From NCBI RefSeq assembly GCF_963676685.1, contig NC_092348.1:55118001-55182000 (forward strand): a stretch of DNA of 64,000 bases. Reading direction: 5' to 3'. Positions 1 through 13,267 of the stretch are shown here, one piece after another. This stretch comes from Mytilus edulis. Its lineage: Eukaryota. The translations under genes were made by a program, and so were the position numbers. The stretch's first letter is position 1. Every line of letters begins with the position of its first letter. Below the pieces are notes generated by a model. The model was given only the letters and a program-made list of their open reading frames with translations. It made no database searches and was not told the origin of the DNA.

Positions 1-205
1 GAAAACAAATAACGAAATGAGGTAGCATTGCAGAAGAGAAAACTTTTCCCTCTAAATAATTTCTTCTTAAGATACTTATATCAAAACAAGAATATAAAAT
101 TCAAATCTGGTTGAAAAGGAGTAGGCAATTCCTTAATGAATTAAAACTTTGAATTGAAAATTGTCATTATTCTTAAGAAGAAAGGGTTAAGTTTGTTAAT
201 CTTAC

Positions 206-241
206 GTTTATAATCTAAACTCCGCAGCTGCATCCAACCAC
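206..241 (-). CDS. PIEZO: Candidate 36-nt Piezo microexon (SGWMQLRSLDYK)
   Basis: Bounded by ctcttag and gtaaga, symmetric phase 1-1, open frame after exon 10. A further pyrimidine-rich acceptor region runs off the left edge at positions 1-50. Confidence 0.5.
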
Positions 242-1070
242 CTAAGAGTTTGCATGTACAGATAAAATCTCTTGTAGTGTTTATTTTCAGTCTTTTATCA
301 AATAAATTAATGTGTGTATTCCATTTAAATATGTATACCCAAATGTATAATTTTTTGAAAGAAACAAAAACAAATCCTTACTAAACCCAATAGGGAGAGA
401 GTAACCCAAACATCCAACAAGTAAAACCAAAGTTGATAAGAATAAACATGAAAAGACAGATTGATTGTTGCTCATTTCACATCCAGTGGCAAAATATCAT
501 GCATAGTCGGGACAATAACAAATCAACACTAATACAATAAGAAATTGGGTCAACTGGGATGAAGGACAGGCAAATAGGTCAGGGCAACAACAAATCAAAA
601 TTTATACAATAAGAAATTGGGTAAACTGGGATGAAGGACTGGAAAATTGGACTACCACTGGAAAATAAAGGTACTGGTATGTTGGATAGAAATTTGACCT
701 TACAAAAGGCCAACTACAGACCCATCAAAGAGTTGTTACAACGAATCTTTACCTTGCTGAGAACCTGGTGCTCTCTCTAAATTGGTAATAAAGATAGAAA
801 AGTAACAAACTTCTATTTTAAACCTTAACAAACCAGGTTGACTATACTATATTGAAATAGGGAAAACATGATGTACCAGGTAACTCACAAGTTCAGATAC
901 TTCTAACCTTTGAAGGCTATTGTAGAAAACTTCTATGAACGGAAATGCATTAAAATCAAAAGTAATTTATGTAAATTATTTTACTTAAAATAGTTTTGGG
1001 AAACAAATAGCCAATCAGCTTCAAATATAGGACCAGCAAGGTCCTTATGTACAAAATTTTTTATTTATAC

Positions 1071-1382
1071 ACAAGAGTGCACACGCTGAAATGTCTCGCC
1101 TTCTTTACTAATCATTGATATCATATTGATAGTCCTTAATATAAAGCTTTATTACAACTGTCTCATAAACTTAACATTAACCAAGATAACTAAACATTGA
1201 CCAATGAACCATGAAAATGAGGTCAAGGTCAGATGAACCATGCCAGGCAGACATTTTAACAATTCTTACATAAAAAAAATATAGTTGACCTATTGCATAT
1301 AGTTTAAGAAAAACAGACCAAAACACAAAAACTTAACTATAACCACTGAACCATGAAAACAAAAGTTGCAGGCTCGACAAAA
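1071..1382 (+). mobile_element. HINE/Helentron-like non-autonomous element, family A, internally deleted copy
   Basis: Same 5' end (acaagagtgcacac) and 3' end (gttgcaggctcgacaaaa) as the copies at 4208 and 34889, with the centre missing. Confidence 0.75.
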
Positions 1383-2155
1383 ACTATCCAACAATGGCCG
1401 TTTACACTAATTGATAACTTTGTCAACGATTTCATCCTATTAAAGAAAATTGGTTTGCTATGTTTTCTGACTAATACTATTTGCATGCTGTAAATCATGA
1501 AAGATGCATGTTACATCCTATTCATTTTTCTACTATATATGTACTGGTATAATTATTCTTGTATACTACTAGTGTGCAAGTACCTGTCGATTCAGAGTCT
1601 AACAATTGTGAGTCTAATGATGTCATCAAAAAGAAAAAAAAATACTTCTTTACTGGTTATAATACAGAAGAACATATTTGAACATAGAAGTCAAATTTCA
1701 AGACTTGTTTAATTTGTTTTTTTTATGATTACAACACATAATTTCTAACATATATTACATGTTAAAAACTATGAATTCATTCATTTTATCCGTGTTCTAC
1801 CAATTTTTTAAATTGTGTTGGTCAAAGGAAGCCATCAAATTTCAATTTTTAACAAAAAATAGCACTGAAAATTGTATCAATTTGTTTCCTAGGGGTTTGG
1901 TAGCTGGATATATATATATATATATATATGTGATTATTTTTTCAGATGAAAATTGATATTCACAAAAATAAATGAATCCATAGTATTTTCAAGATTTGTA
2001 AGAATTATCTGAAGACATTCGTGCATAACAAACTTACAACAATGACTAGAAGTATATATCAGCATAAATGCATAATATTTCAACATGAAAAATAAAGTTT
2101 AATCAAATTTCCGATTAAAAAAAATATTTGAAGAGATGTTTGGGTTTGTACATAC

Positions 2156-2300
2156 TAAAGAATGACCGAGCAGACGGCGACTGGGGTGAATCACCATTAG
2201 GAGACACATCTTCCATTTGATATCCAAGATGGTACTTTCTTTCTTTTCTTTCTCTCATAAACTGTCTTAGTGTCAACCAAAACATAGCTGTAAACAGGAT
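2156..2300 (-). CDS. PIEZO: Piezo coding exon 10 (ILFTAMFWLTLRQFMRERKE...SPSARSFF)
   Basis: 145 nt, bounded by ttgtag and gtatgt, phase 0-1. Contains the FWL.LRQ motif. Confidence 0.93.
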
Positions 2301-3080
2301 CTACAAACCAAAATATTTACTTTAAACAGTAATTTTTCTCCTATACAAATGCTGTTCAACAAAAAATTGCAATTTACTCATTTAATATAGAGCAGTGTTC
2401 ATGGAAATTTGCAGTATGGTTTCAAAATAAGATGTGATATGGTTGCTTAAATATACTCACTAACATCAATAAATAAATGAAATTCCAAATAAATAACCCT
2501 ACAGATGCAAATCTTTAATTGTTTCACAATTTGTCATGTCTTCTATAGCAGATTACATGGTATCATTTTTGCTCATTGTTGAAGGCTGTAATCCCACAAA
2601 GGTGACCTTTAATTGCTTACATTTACATTATTTGGACTCATTTAGATTGGTGTCTAATTGCATTGGCAAGCACACCACATCTCCTAATCTTATATACATA
2701 TTGTAAGTTTGCTTAAATATCACATTTATGCACTTGATTTTAGTGCAATTTCCACCCCCCTGCTAGTAAAATACCACACCCCATTTTTTTTTTTTTTAAA
2801 TAAAGCAAAACACAAGAGACATTTTTTTTGTTTTGAATATTTAGAGATCAATGATCTTTCAAATCAATGAGAAAATTAAGAGTCCATGAAGTAAAGTGAA
2901 ACCTATTTTAGCCCAACCAATTTGAAACAAACTAATTTGTTTTGATAGGTAAGTTTCTAAAGACTATTCACTGTATGTCATAATATACAAAAGTTCATGT
3001 TACACAGTTTTTTCAGTTTAATGCAGATTTGATAAAGATTAGTTTTTCGGTAAATTTACAATATGAATCTATTTTTATAC

Positions 3081-3341
3081 CTGTACAGCTAGTTGTAAAC
3101 ATGGGTAAGGAAAGGTCTTCAGTCCAACCTCGTTCAATTTCACTCCATTTACTACTTCTGGTAGCTCGTTTTTCAAATTCATTCCAAAGACATACTGGAT
3201 TATCAGAAGACATTCCCCATAGACTACCAGCAATGGAGATATACACAAGGTCAGCTCGCGAGACTTTGGAACCATCCACACTATACAGGCTCCCAACAGT
3301 AATACAAAAGTCAACCAGCTATGGAAAGTGATACTCCAGGC
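3081..3341 (-). CDS. PIEZO: Piezo coding exon 9 (AWSITFHSWLTFVLLLGACIVWM...PCLQLAVQ)
   Basis: 261 nt, bounded by tttcag and gtataa. WSIT.HSWLTFVLL is a Piezo hallmark. Confidence 0.97.
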
Positions 3342-3838
3342 CTGAAAATAAAAAATTACATCATTTGAGTCTTCCAATGAAAATATGTCATGTTGTATCA
3401 AAAATGGCAGTGCTAATTATCTGTCACAACAGTTTAAATACTAGTTACAACACTGTCTCCTGTTAAGAGGATACAGCTCTAGAAAACATGTTTAACCTTA
3501 TCGTATTCTGTGTGTGCCTGTCCCAAGTCAACAGCCTCTAATTCAGTGTATACATTGGTTATTTATTTGTCTGTCATTGGTAGAAACATAAATCAGGGTG
3601 TTCTTTTTTTCAATTGTTTTATATTTTGTCATATCTGGACCTTTCTATAGCTTTTAAAATATGTGTGATGGAGTTTGCTAGTTGTTGAAAGCCGTACAGT
3701 AATCTATAGTTGATTATGTCTCATTTGGATAGATTTCTCATTGGGATTCATACCACATCTGCTTATTTTTATATCGATAGCTTTTTTCATCATGCTAATG
3801 AATTCTACATTACCCTGTTACTGTGATTGTTGACCTAC

Positions 3839-4060
3839 CATCATTGCAATCAGAGCTAAAACATAACTCTGTTTCATTGCATAAACAAAGATGGACACCA
3901 TATAGGGACGTTTGACATCTTCTTTTGGTTGTTTTTTCTTCTTGGCTGGTTTAGTGTCACCGTCAGCTTCATCTTCATCAGAATCAAAAGCTGCAGACAT
4001 GGCCGGGGAACCTTCCTTGTCAAAGGTGCTATACGATGCATTCTCATTTTCTACCAATCG
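3839..4060 (-). CDS. PIEZO: Piezo coding exon 8 (RLVENENASYSTF...MKQSYVLALIAMM)
   Basis: 222 nt, bounded by tttcag and gtaggt, phase 0-0. QSY..ALIAMM is a conserved Piezo motif. Confidence 0.95.
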
Positions 4061-4207
4061 CTGAAAAGTACAGCATATAAAATTACTGACCATGAATTGT
4101 TATGATATTAAGTGTCAAGTTTACTTTACTGTGTCTTGACTTTCACTTTTGAAGTACAAGAAGTTATAACCCCAAAATTGTCTATGTCATCAAAATCCTT
4201 ACTTTTT

Positions 4208-5082
4208 ACAAGAGTGCACACACTGAAATGTCTCGCCTTCTTTACTAATCATTGATATTATGTTGATAGTCCTAAGTATAAAGCTTTATTACAACTGTCA
4301 CATAAACTTAACATTAACCAAGATAGCTAAACAAAGACCAATGAACCATGAAAATGAGGTCAAGGTCAGATGAACCATGCCAGGCAGACAAGTACAGCTA
4401 ACAAAGCTTCCATACAACAAATATAGTTGACCTATTACTTATAGTTTAAGAAAAATAGACCAAAACACAAAAACTTAACACTGTGCAATGAACCTTGCAA
4501 TTGAGGTCAAATACAGTAGACCTATTGCATAAAGTATGAGAAAAACAGACCAAAACACAAAAACTTAACTATAACCACTGAACCATAAAAATGAGGTCAA
4601 GGTCAGATGACACCTGCCAGTTGGACATGTACACCTTCCAGTTCTTCCATACACCAAATCTACTAGCCCTATTGCTTATAGTATCTGAGATATGGAATTA
4701 ACCACCAAAACTTAACCTTGTTCACTGATCCATGAAATGAGGTCGAGGTCAAGTGAAAACTGTCTGACGTGCATGAGGACCGTGCAAGGTATGCACATAC
4801 CAAATATATTTATCCTATTACTTATAATAAGAGAGAATTCAACATTACAAAAATTCTGAACTTTTTTTTCAAGTGGTCACTGAACCATGAAAATGAGGTC
4901 AAGGACATTGGACATGTGACTGATGGAACTTCGTAACATGAGGCATTTATATACAAAGTATGAAGCATCCAGGTCTTTCACCTTCTAAAATATAAACCTT
5001 TTAAGAAGTTAGCTAACGCCGCCACCGGATCACTATCCCTATGTCGAGCTTTCTGCAACAAAAGTTGCAGGCTCGACAAAAA
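4208..5082 (+). mobile_element. HINE/Helentron-like element, family A
   Basis: Core repeats of about 147 bp (gaaccatgaaaatgaggtcaagg), a short gcc microsatellite and a terminal hairpin gtcgagc..ctgcaac-aaaa-gttgcag-gctcgac followed by an A-run. Confidence 0.8.
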
Positions 5083-5647
5083 CACATTTGCAATGAACCA
5101 ATAAGACAAATTATGAACTTCTTATAACAATTATTTATGTAGAAGTAAACCCAATCTACCGTATATATACCTCTCCCAAAATATTGAATTAGTTTTGAGT
5201 TATGGTTAAAATGTTAAATATGTGTATATCTTGTGCAATATTTTAAAGCTTAAAGCAATTGAATGCAAATAAATTATAATAAAAAACATAATGTAACAAG
5301 CAAAAACATATCTCGTACACAAGGTTAGTACATTAGTAAATATATAAAAATAAATAAAAATAAATAAAAATAATGAAGAAACAAATTAACGGATGCATGT
5401 CATTTCATACCTTAACCATTTTGTACCCAAAATCTGTTATTTCGTACCCTTGATCAAAAGATTTCGTACCATATAGACTTAAATCTTTTTCTTAACAAAT
5501 ATTATTAAATCATTGAAGTTTTGTCCATCAATTGGTATTATCAGATTTATAATTTAAAAAAGAAAAGATCCTTTATACTGCTTAATGTAAAAAAAATATA
5601 ATTAAAAGTTATATTTCTAATGTTTTATATGTACCATTTAAGAATGC

Positions 5648-5786
5648 AAAAATGTTATTAAACATTTTGAAAAGTAAAAATGTTATTAAACATTTTGAAA
5701 AGTAAAAATGTTATTAAACATTTTGAAAAGTAAAAATGTTATTTAACATTTTGAAAAGTAAAAATGTTATTAAACATTTTGAAAAT
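5648..5786. repeat. Tandem repeat of about 28 bp, about 5 copies, with a palindromic unit
   Basis: Unit aaaatgtt-atta-aacatttt-gaaaagta. Confidence 0.9.
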
Positions 5787-5985
5787 GGTTTTAATTTAAG
5801 AAAGTTTTTTTATTACAACATAAGCAGATAATGCTTCAAGGAGGAGAAAATTTCTAAAAAGACCTATAAATGATTCAAAACCAAATTTCATACTAAATAG
5901 GCCTGAACATATTGCCACTTGATGTTAAGCAAGCAACAATCGACCAATCAAAAGGGTATTTGATGATATAAAATTTAGATCAGCG

Positions 5986-6478
5986 CAGGGGTCGAAATTA
6001 GCCCTGGTCCAATGGTCTGGGACCAGTAGAATTTGCATCGGACTAGTAGATTTTGTAAGCTGGTGGTCCGGCGGACCAGTTGATTTTTTTCGATAAAATT
6101 CTCTGATTGCATCACAATCCCAGTTTGTTTACATAACAAATTACCAGTGATTACCTGAGAAATCAATTACGCGGTGCTGAAGGTATTAAAATTGATTAAG
6201 TTAATTAATATCTCGGGTTTCGTCCTTCACAATAAACAAAATATGGAAATTTTTGGAAGGGGTTAATACTTTATCAAAATCAGGATACAATAACTTCTTT
6301 GATTAATGTATTTAATATATGTTAAAGGCATGAAAATAGAAGTAAGCATCTTTAATTTATGTTGGAGTTTGTCAAATGTAAGTTTTTCAGGACCAGTAGA
6401 TTTTGTACAGGACCAGTAGAAATTTCAGTCCACTGGTCCGGCTGGCCATTACACAAAAAACCTTAAATTCGACCCCTG
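5986..6478. mobile_element. hAT-type MITE with 8-bp TSD
   Basis: TIRs CAGGGGTCGAA / TTCGACCCCTG, exact TSD GATCAGCG (5978-5985, 6479-6486), and subterminal GGACCAGT repeats. Confidence 0.85.
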
Positions 6479-7475
6479 GATCAGCGTAAACTATGGTCAT
6501 ATGGAGTATACATTATAATCTTTTATACAGGTTTTACCATGAAATGACACACTTATCTTCCTTATGGTATAAAATGGCATACATATAGATCCTTCGTATG
6601 GTACTAATGATCTTGCATGAGGTTCCAAATGGTCAAGGTACAAAGTGGTCAGGTAACCAAATGACAATAATTATTTTTTTCAAATTTACCATTTCCAAGA
6701 AACCACAAACAATGAATTCATTCTGCAAATTTAAAAGGGAAAAATTGTGGTTAAATGTAATGTAATGTTAATTTCAAATTATTTTTAAAATATGTTATTT
6801 TCTAATTTAATTTTTTTACATTCCTCAAAAAGCAGTTTATGTTTTAATTAAAATACCTCCTCCAAAATATCAATTGATTGAGACAACTGGTAAAATAGTG
6901 TTAAGTATCTGTTTTCTATCCAATTAAAGATTTGGTGGAATTTCCTTCCTTTCTTCCTTCCTTCAGCAATTTGTCTTCATTCCTAATCTATTTTGATTTA
7001 TTTTAATTTCTTGATTTTGCAACAACTTAACTATTTTTCTAATTCTATGTTCATATTTATCTACATTTCGAAAAGGAAAGGTAAATTTAAATCCAACCAA
7101 AAACACTTCTTTATTGTAAAAGCACTATACTGGATGCATGCTAAAGGACATACAAATCCCCTAGCTCTAAGTCTGCAATCAGAACCAGTTTATTCAACTA
7201 GCTACAGTTGTAGAATGAACATCAATAAAAGACCAATCAAAAGTTTACAAAAATAAAGTAACATACTCAGAAAGACTGCAAAAAAAGTAAAAATAGACAT
7301 CTAGATATCTGGATATATCAGTGTCTTAAGGATACATATTCTCATCTCTCAAGAATGCCTTTCATGTTCATATTGACTGCACTATAAATTTTCTGCAACA
7401 ACTAAAACTTATTTTCTTATCAAAATGACAGAAAAATTTGAACTTTCATATAATTTTGCGTTTTAAGAAATAGCT

Positions 7476-7598
7476 CCTGTACTAGTTTTTGTGCTGAGGT
7501 GGCGTAAAGCAATCCTGTATTAGTTTTTGTGCTGAGGTGGCGTAAAGCAATCCTGTACTAGTTTTTGTGCTGAGTTGGCGTAAAGCAATCCTGTACTA
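7476..7598. repeat. 38-bp tandem repeat, about 3.2 copies
   Basis: Unit cctgtactagtttttgtgctgaggtggcgtaaagcaat. Confidence 0.9.
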
Positions 7599-8368
7599 TT
7601 ATGAACTGATTCATTCAATGTGGATAAACAATGTAGCATGCCAAATATATATACTGGGGCCTAAGATACTAATTTCTATTTTTAACAAAATATCCTAAGA
7701 TTTATGTCAACTAGATAACCCATTCTCTGCTTTTATGGCCTTTTTTAACCCTACTAATCAGTGCACTCAAGCAAGCAGTTCATGCTTTTGTGTTTTATTC
7801 ACATATCAAAGTACTATCTCAAAATATTGCAGGTTTTTTTTCCAAAATGGTACTTACTGTCAGCAGGGTAGGTGCTTTTAAACAACAGAGTTTGAAAAAA
7901 AAGAGAACAAAAAATCAATAAAAGACTATTCTATCACCATAATTATAAAAAGACCCAAAAAAAATGATTTAACTGTTTTTGTCCAGGTAGCTTTATGATA
8001 ACGTTTAATACATTTAAACATATCATGTTTATATGCTGTTTCTATGATGGAGGTATTTTAAACTCTCATTAGTACTCAGGATAATGACATGTGGATGTGT
8101 TATGAATAAAGACCTTGCTTTGTACTAGACTGGTACATCGAGGCAAATCTTCAGCATGTTAACTCATTAGGTAATGTTTCACAAGGAGAGATGCTACCCC
8201 TCTCCTGTGCACATTATTATGTTTGATTTAAAAAAAAAAAATAGTAAGCACATCAAAACTAAAGGCTGAAAAAAGAAATTGTAACAAGGGGGTTGTTATA
8301 CAATAGAAAATAATAATATTTGTCAATGGATATAGTGTTGTTAGCTGGCACTAATATCGGTATCTAAA

Positions 8369-10280
8369 AACATGAGGCTCTCAAGAGCCTGAATCGCTCA
8401 CCTTAATTCTTTTGGTTAAATCTCTCATCAATGATTATTTTGGCTTTTCAATTATTTAAATGTTTTTTGGATCGTACTATTTTCTTCAAGCCAAAAGCCA
8501 AAAAAAATAATCATTTTCTCCTATGTTCTATTTTAGCCATAGGAGCTATGTTTCTTGACATACAAGGAAATAAAATATAAAATTTATACTAGATACTCTG
8601 AAACTCATTTAGCCTAAGTTTGGCTGAAATTGATACAGCAGTTTCAAAGGAGAAGATTTTTTAAAGTAAGTCAACATGATGAACAAATTGTGAAAAAAGT
8701 CTTTAAAGGGCAATAACTCCTTAAGGGGTCAATTGACAATTTTGGTCAAATTGACTTAATTGAAGATCTTACTTTGCTGAACATTATTGTTGTTTACAGT
8801 TTATTTCTATCTATAATTATATTCAAGATAATAAACAAAAACAGCAAAATTTCCTTAAAATTATCAATTCAGGGGCAGCAACCCAACAACAGGTTGTCTG
8901 ATTCATCTGAAAATTTCAGGGCAGATAGATCTTGACCTGATAAACAATATTACCCAACGTCAGATTTGCTCTAAATGCTTTGGTTTTTGAGTTATAAGCC
9001 AAAAACTGCATTTGACCCCTATGTTCTATTTTTAGCAATGGCGACCATGTTTGTTGATAGATCACAACTTCGGATACAATTTACAAACTAGATACCCTAA
9101 GGAACATTCAGTTAAAGTTTAGAAGTATTTGGCCCAGTAGTTTCAGAGGAGAAGATTTTTGTAAAAGATTACTAAGATTTACGAAAAATGGTTAAAAATT
9201 GACTATAAAGGGCAATAACTCCTAAAGGGGTCAACTGACCATTTCCGTCATGTTGACTTATTTGTAAATCTTACTTTGCTGAACATTATTCCTGTTTACA
9301 GTTTATCTCTATCTATAATAATATTCAAGATAATAACCAAAAACAGCAAAATTTCCTTAAAATTACCAATTCAGGGGCAGCAACCCAACAACGGGTTGTC
9401 TGATTCATCTGAAAATTTCAGGGCAGATAGATCTTGACCTGATAAACAATTTTACCCCATGTCAGATTTGCTCTAAATGCTTTGGTTTTTGAGTTATAAG
9501 CCAAAAACTGCATTTGACCCCTATGTTCTATTTTTAGCAATGGCGACCATGTTTGTTGATAGATCATAACTTCGGATACAATTTACAAACTAGATACCCT
9601 AAGGAACATTCAATTAAAGTTTGGAAGTATTTGGCCCAGTAGTTTCAGAGGAGAAGATTTTTGTAAAAGATTACTAAGATTTACGAAAAATGGTTAAAAA
9701 TTGACTATATAGGGCAATAACTCCTAAAGGGGTCAACTGACCATTTCCGTCATGTTGACTTATTTGTAAATCTTACTTTGCTGAACATTATTCCTGTTTA
9801 CAGTTTATCTCTATCTATAATAATATTCAAGATAATAACCAAAAACAACAAAATTTCCAAAAAATTACCAATTCAGGGGCAGCAACCCAACAACGGGTTG
9901 TCTGATTCATCTGAAAATTTCAGGGCAGATAGATCTTGACCTGATAAACAATATTACCACGTGTCAGATTTGCTCTAAATGCTTTGGTTTTTGAGTTATA
10001 AGCCAAAAACTGCATTTGACCCCTATGTTCTATTTTTAGCAATGGCGACCATGTTTGTTGATAGATCAAAACTTCGGATACAATTTATAAATTAGATACC
10101 CTAAGGAACATTCAGTTAAAGTTTGAAAATATTTGGCCCAGTAGTTTCAGAGGAGAAGATTCTTGAAATAGTTTACGACGACAGACGACAGACGACAGAC
10201 GACGACAGACGATGGACAACGACGGACGCCAAGTGATGGCATAAGCTCACTTGTCCCTTCGGGACAGGTGAGCTAAAAAA
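8369..10280 (+). mobile_element. HINE/Helentron-like element, family B, with about 3 internal repeats of about 501 bp
   Basis: 5' hairpin gaggctc-tcaa-gagcct. The repeat marker gggcaataactcc recurs near 8708, 9210 and 9712. A (gaca/gac)n microsatellite lies at about 10175-10226, followed by the 3' hairpin agctcacttgtccc-ttc-gggacaggtgagct. Confidence 0.8.
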
Positions 10281-10826
10281 ATTCAGTGGTGAGTAGGTTT
10301 GTATAGAAAAATAAAACTTGATCCTGCCAACATTTTGAGACAGTTTTTAACATTGTCAAATTAATTTTTACCCTTGTCTTTCCCTGTTTAAAAAAGAGTT
10401 AAATTTTTATTTTATAATTTGAATTAATATTAAACCGAATATTACTAGTATAAATTATAAAAAAAGTATTCATAGTTAAAAAAAAAAATGTTTTACAGAA
10501 ATTAGTAATTAAAGTAAATAACAGAAATATTTATTATTTATTTATTATTCTATATTCTGTAAGTTTCATTTCTATTCTCTTTATAAAACAATAACCCTGT
10601 TAAATTTTTTTTAAAACATATAACAATTTAAGCAGTCCCTCATTCCCCCAGAAACAAAAATGCAACAAAATCAAGAAATTAAAATGTTAAAACTATAATA
10701 CGATACAACAAAACATGCGCTTGTAATAAATACATGGAACTAAAGCAATATTGATAATAAAGGGTATTCCCCGTAAAATTGGAAATTCCACCCAACCTCT
10801 CTTTGGCTAAGATCCTGTAGGGCTAC

Positions 10827-10898
10827 CTGCCGTTCTGACGACTTTCTTGATTTTTTACTACGGGTTCTTGCTTTCGGTTCCTCTATGATTATGAGTTC
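10827..10898 (-). CDS. PIEZO: Piezo coding exon 7, charged cytoplasmic loop (ELIIIEEPKARTRSKKSRKSSERQ); an alternative in-frame donor would extend it to 10797
   Basis: ttttacag acceptor, phase 0-0, inside ORF 10740-10961. Bridges exon 6 to exon 8 in frame. Confidence 0.7.
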
Positions 10899-12014
10899 CT
10901 GTAAAACACGCCAACATGCAAAATGCAAAAAACATATAAAAAATTTAACTGGTTGAAACATTTCTGCATAGCATTTGTTTTTTCGCAGTCATGGTAAAGA
11001 CTCTCCGAAAAATTGCAGATGCCTTTCAAAGCCCCAATATTTAAACTGGATATTAAATTAAAACATCATCTATCACCATATATAAAAAATTGCCAGGATA
11101 TGATTTAAAATTAAATTTTTCAAAACTGCTAATTAAAATGCTACACAGACATGACAGAATAAACCAAATGCATTTATGAGAAAAATCACAAAATCAATTC
11201 TTAGGACAAACAACATGCTATTTCATTACAATAGACATCTAAAATTATTTATATAGTGTGCATATTAATTACAAAAGGAATAAGTCAAATTGTAAAAAAA
11301 CATAAAAAACTATAAATCAACAAATTGATACACTTTGGCATCTTCCCCTGTTATGTCATGGAAAGAACATGTTTTACAAACAAAAAAAAGAAAGTTAAAA
11401 TCCCTAAAATTAAACAATCCGAAAGCAGGCTTATAATGCCATTAATGGCATCAGAAACTCCATTCTGCAGTTAGGAATAATTTGAGGATACAAAATGACA
11501 TCTTCCTTTTGTAGATGTAGAAAAGTTCACATGGGAAACTATAAAAAAATATTGGGATTAATTAATGGTGCACAATGCAGTTAAAATAAAACAAAAATTT
11601 CAATCATGAAAATAGAATCATATCATTTATGAACATTTATGAGTAAAAGTTGTAGAGTGTGTCACTGAGACAGCATTTATAAGTGTCTATACCCCACTTA
11701 AGTGTATTAACTGATAGATGTATCCAATCCAAATTGTGAAAGCCAGCACCTCTTTACAGACAGTGCACAAAATCAACAAACTACCAACTAAAATCTTTTG
11801 AAAGTATGTAAAATAAAAAAATAAATCTTCTTTTCGCTTAAGTTCTGTAAGTGCAGAAAATAAAATAAAAAAGACTGCAATGGAGACTTTTAATAGTTCA
11901 TGCAATTTAATATAAAAAATGTTAATCATTATGGAATATTCTTACATTGCTTTTTATCTAGATAAATATTCAGAGTTAAAGGGAAGTAACTCACCAATGT
12001 AAACCATACATTAC

Positions 12015-12174
12015 CTTACGATGTAACCATTGCCTGCTTTCTATAGCCAGTGTGAAGTACAACAGCAATAAGATTCCAGGATTGACAAACCATGGCCACT
12101 GACTAGCATCATGGAAGTCAACATACCAAGTTCTTTCACAATCAGTCTTAATGATGCCTGTTAGTCCTATTATT
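12015..12174 (-). CDS. PIEZO: Piezo coding exon 6 (IIGLTGIIKTDCERTW...WPWFVNPGILLLLYFTLAIESRQWLHRK)
   Basis: 160 nt, bounded by tttcag and gtaatg, phase 2-0. Contains the WP...NP..LL.LY.TLA Piezo motif. Confidence 0.93.
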
Positions 12175-12264
12175 CTGAAATTTTACAAACAAGTGGTGAA
12201 AAAAAAAATTTGTCATGCAGCAAGAATAAACCTGATAAAACAGACATTTTTCGTTCATTTTTTT

Positions 12265-12465
12265 TATATAAATAAGGCCGTTAGTTTTCTTGTTTGAATT
12301 GTTTTACATTGTCTTATCGGGGCCTTTTATAGCTGACTATGCGGTATGGGCTTTGCTCATTGTTGAATGCCGTACGGTGACCTATAGTTGTTAATGTCTG
12401 TGTCATTTTGGTCTTTTGTGGATAGTTGTCTCATTGGCAATCATACTACATCTTCTTTTTTATAT
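12265..12465. repeat. Abundant interspersed repeat of about 200 bp (other copies near 2530, 3590, 24715, 33140, 53795, 63785)
   Basis: Shared sequence aagatgtggtatgattgccaatgagacaact...ccttcaacaatgagcaaa. Class not determined. Confidence 0.75.
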
Positions 12466-13267
12466 GAATAACTAATGTGAAAAATGCAAGAGAATTTTGG
12501 TCAAATTTTGAAGACCTTCAGTTCATTGATGAGATTATATGAATAACATAAGCTGAGAGGATGAAAGAGCAGATTATCATCCAGAGAAAAACATTGTCAG
12601 CTGAAGCAAGGTAACAATCTGCTCTACTATTCTCTCAGTTATAAATACAAATATGAATAATTAATTTTACTCAGCTAAGTCAGCTTTCTGTAAATATTGT
12701 CTTTAAAACTATGGATTTTGTTTTGTTATTTTAGGCATGCAACAATCAATTGATATGTTGTGCACACTGAATAAGCAAGATATATTTGTCCCTGGACATT
12801 ACATTCTATGATCAATTTCCTGCTCTTAGCCAGGAAACCCTGACAGTAATGATCTCTTGTTTTTGTTAAATCTTAACGCTTTTGTCCTTTAAGGTATTGG
12901 TAACTGATAGCAGATCTTTGATCTTCTCTTTTACATTCAATCATAACTTTTTCAAGTAAGAAACATATCATAAGGACATGTCTTTTGTTGACCCCTAGAT
13001 GTCTTGTGTTTTGTGTTGCGCTTTTTATATTGCTTTCTCAGTTTTGAATATGAACATTCTCTTTTATTTATATGTGTTTTTTCCCCTTCATTTCATGTAT
13101 AAAGTTTTGTTAAAATCTCATTTTACTTGCTCTTTTCGCTGTAATCAAGCAGGATACAACACTTCCCAGGTTCAAATCAATTTTAAGAGAAAAATATTTT
13201 CTTTGCAAGGTACAAATACGCCTCTTACTGAACATCAGGCTCGGTCTACATGACTTATGTTACATAC

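Noticed and set aside
889-932. Possible 44-nt Piezo exon with a gtgagt donor
   Set aside because: The acceptor is ambiguous and the exon is not frame-symmetric; the downstream exon phase lies outside the window.
3013-3331. ORFs 3013-3279 and 3029-3331, and similarly 13260-13517, 48997-49374, 58576-58794, 61052-61294 and 62813-63001
   Set aside because: They are alternative-frame or antisense overlaps of real exons.
7267-7874. Possible 9-nt (7267-7275) and 17-nt (7858-7874) minus-strand microexons with good splice signals
   Set aside because: Both put a TGA in the phase-0 Piezo frame and I could not build a consistent open path. They cannot be supported without RNA data.
11995-12014. Consensus gtgagt donor 20 nt into the intron after Piezo exon 6
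   Set aside because: Its use would frameshift exon 7, and there is no supporting evidence beyond the motif.
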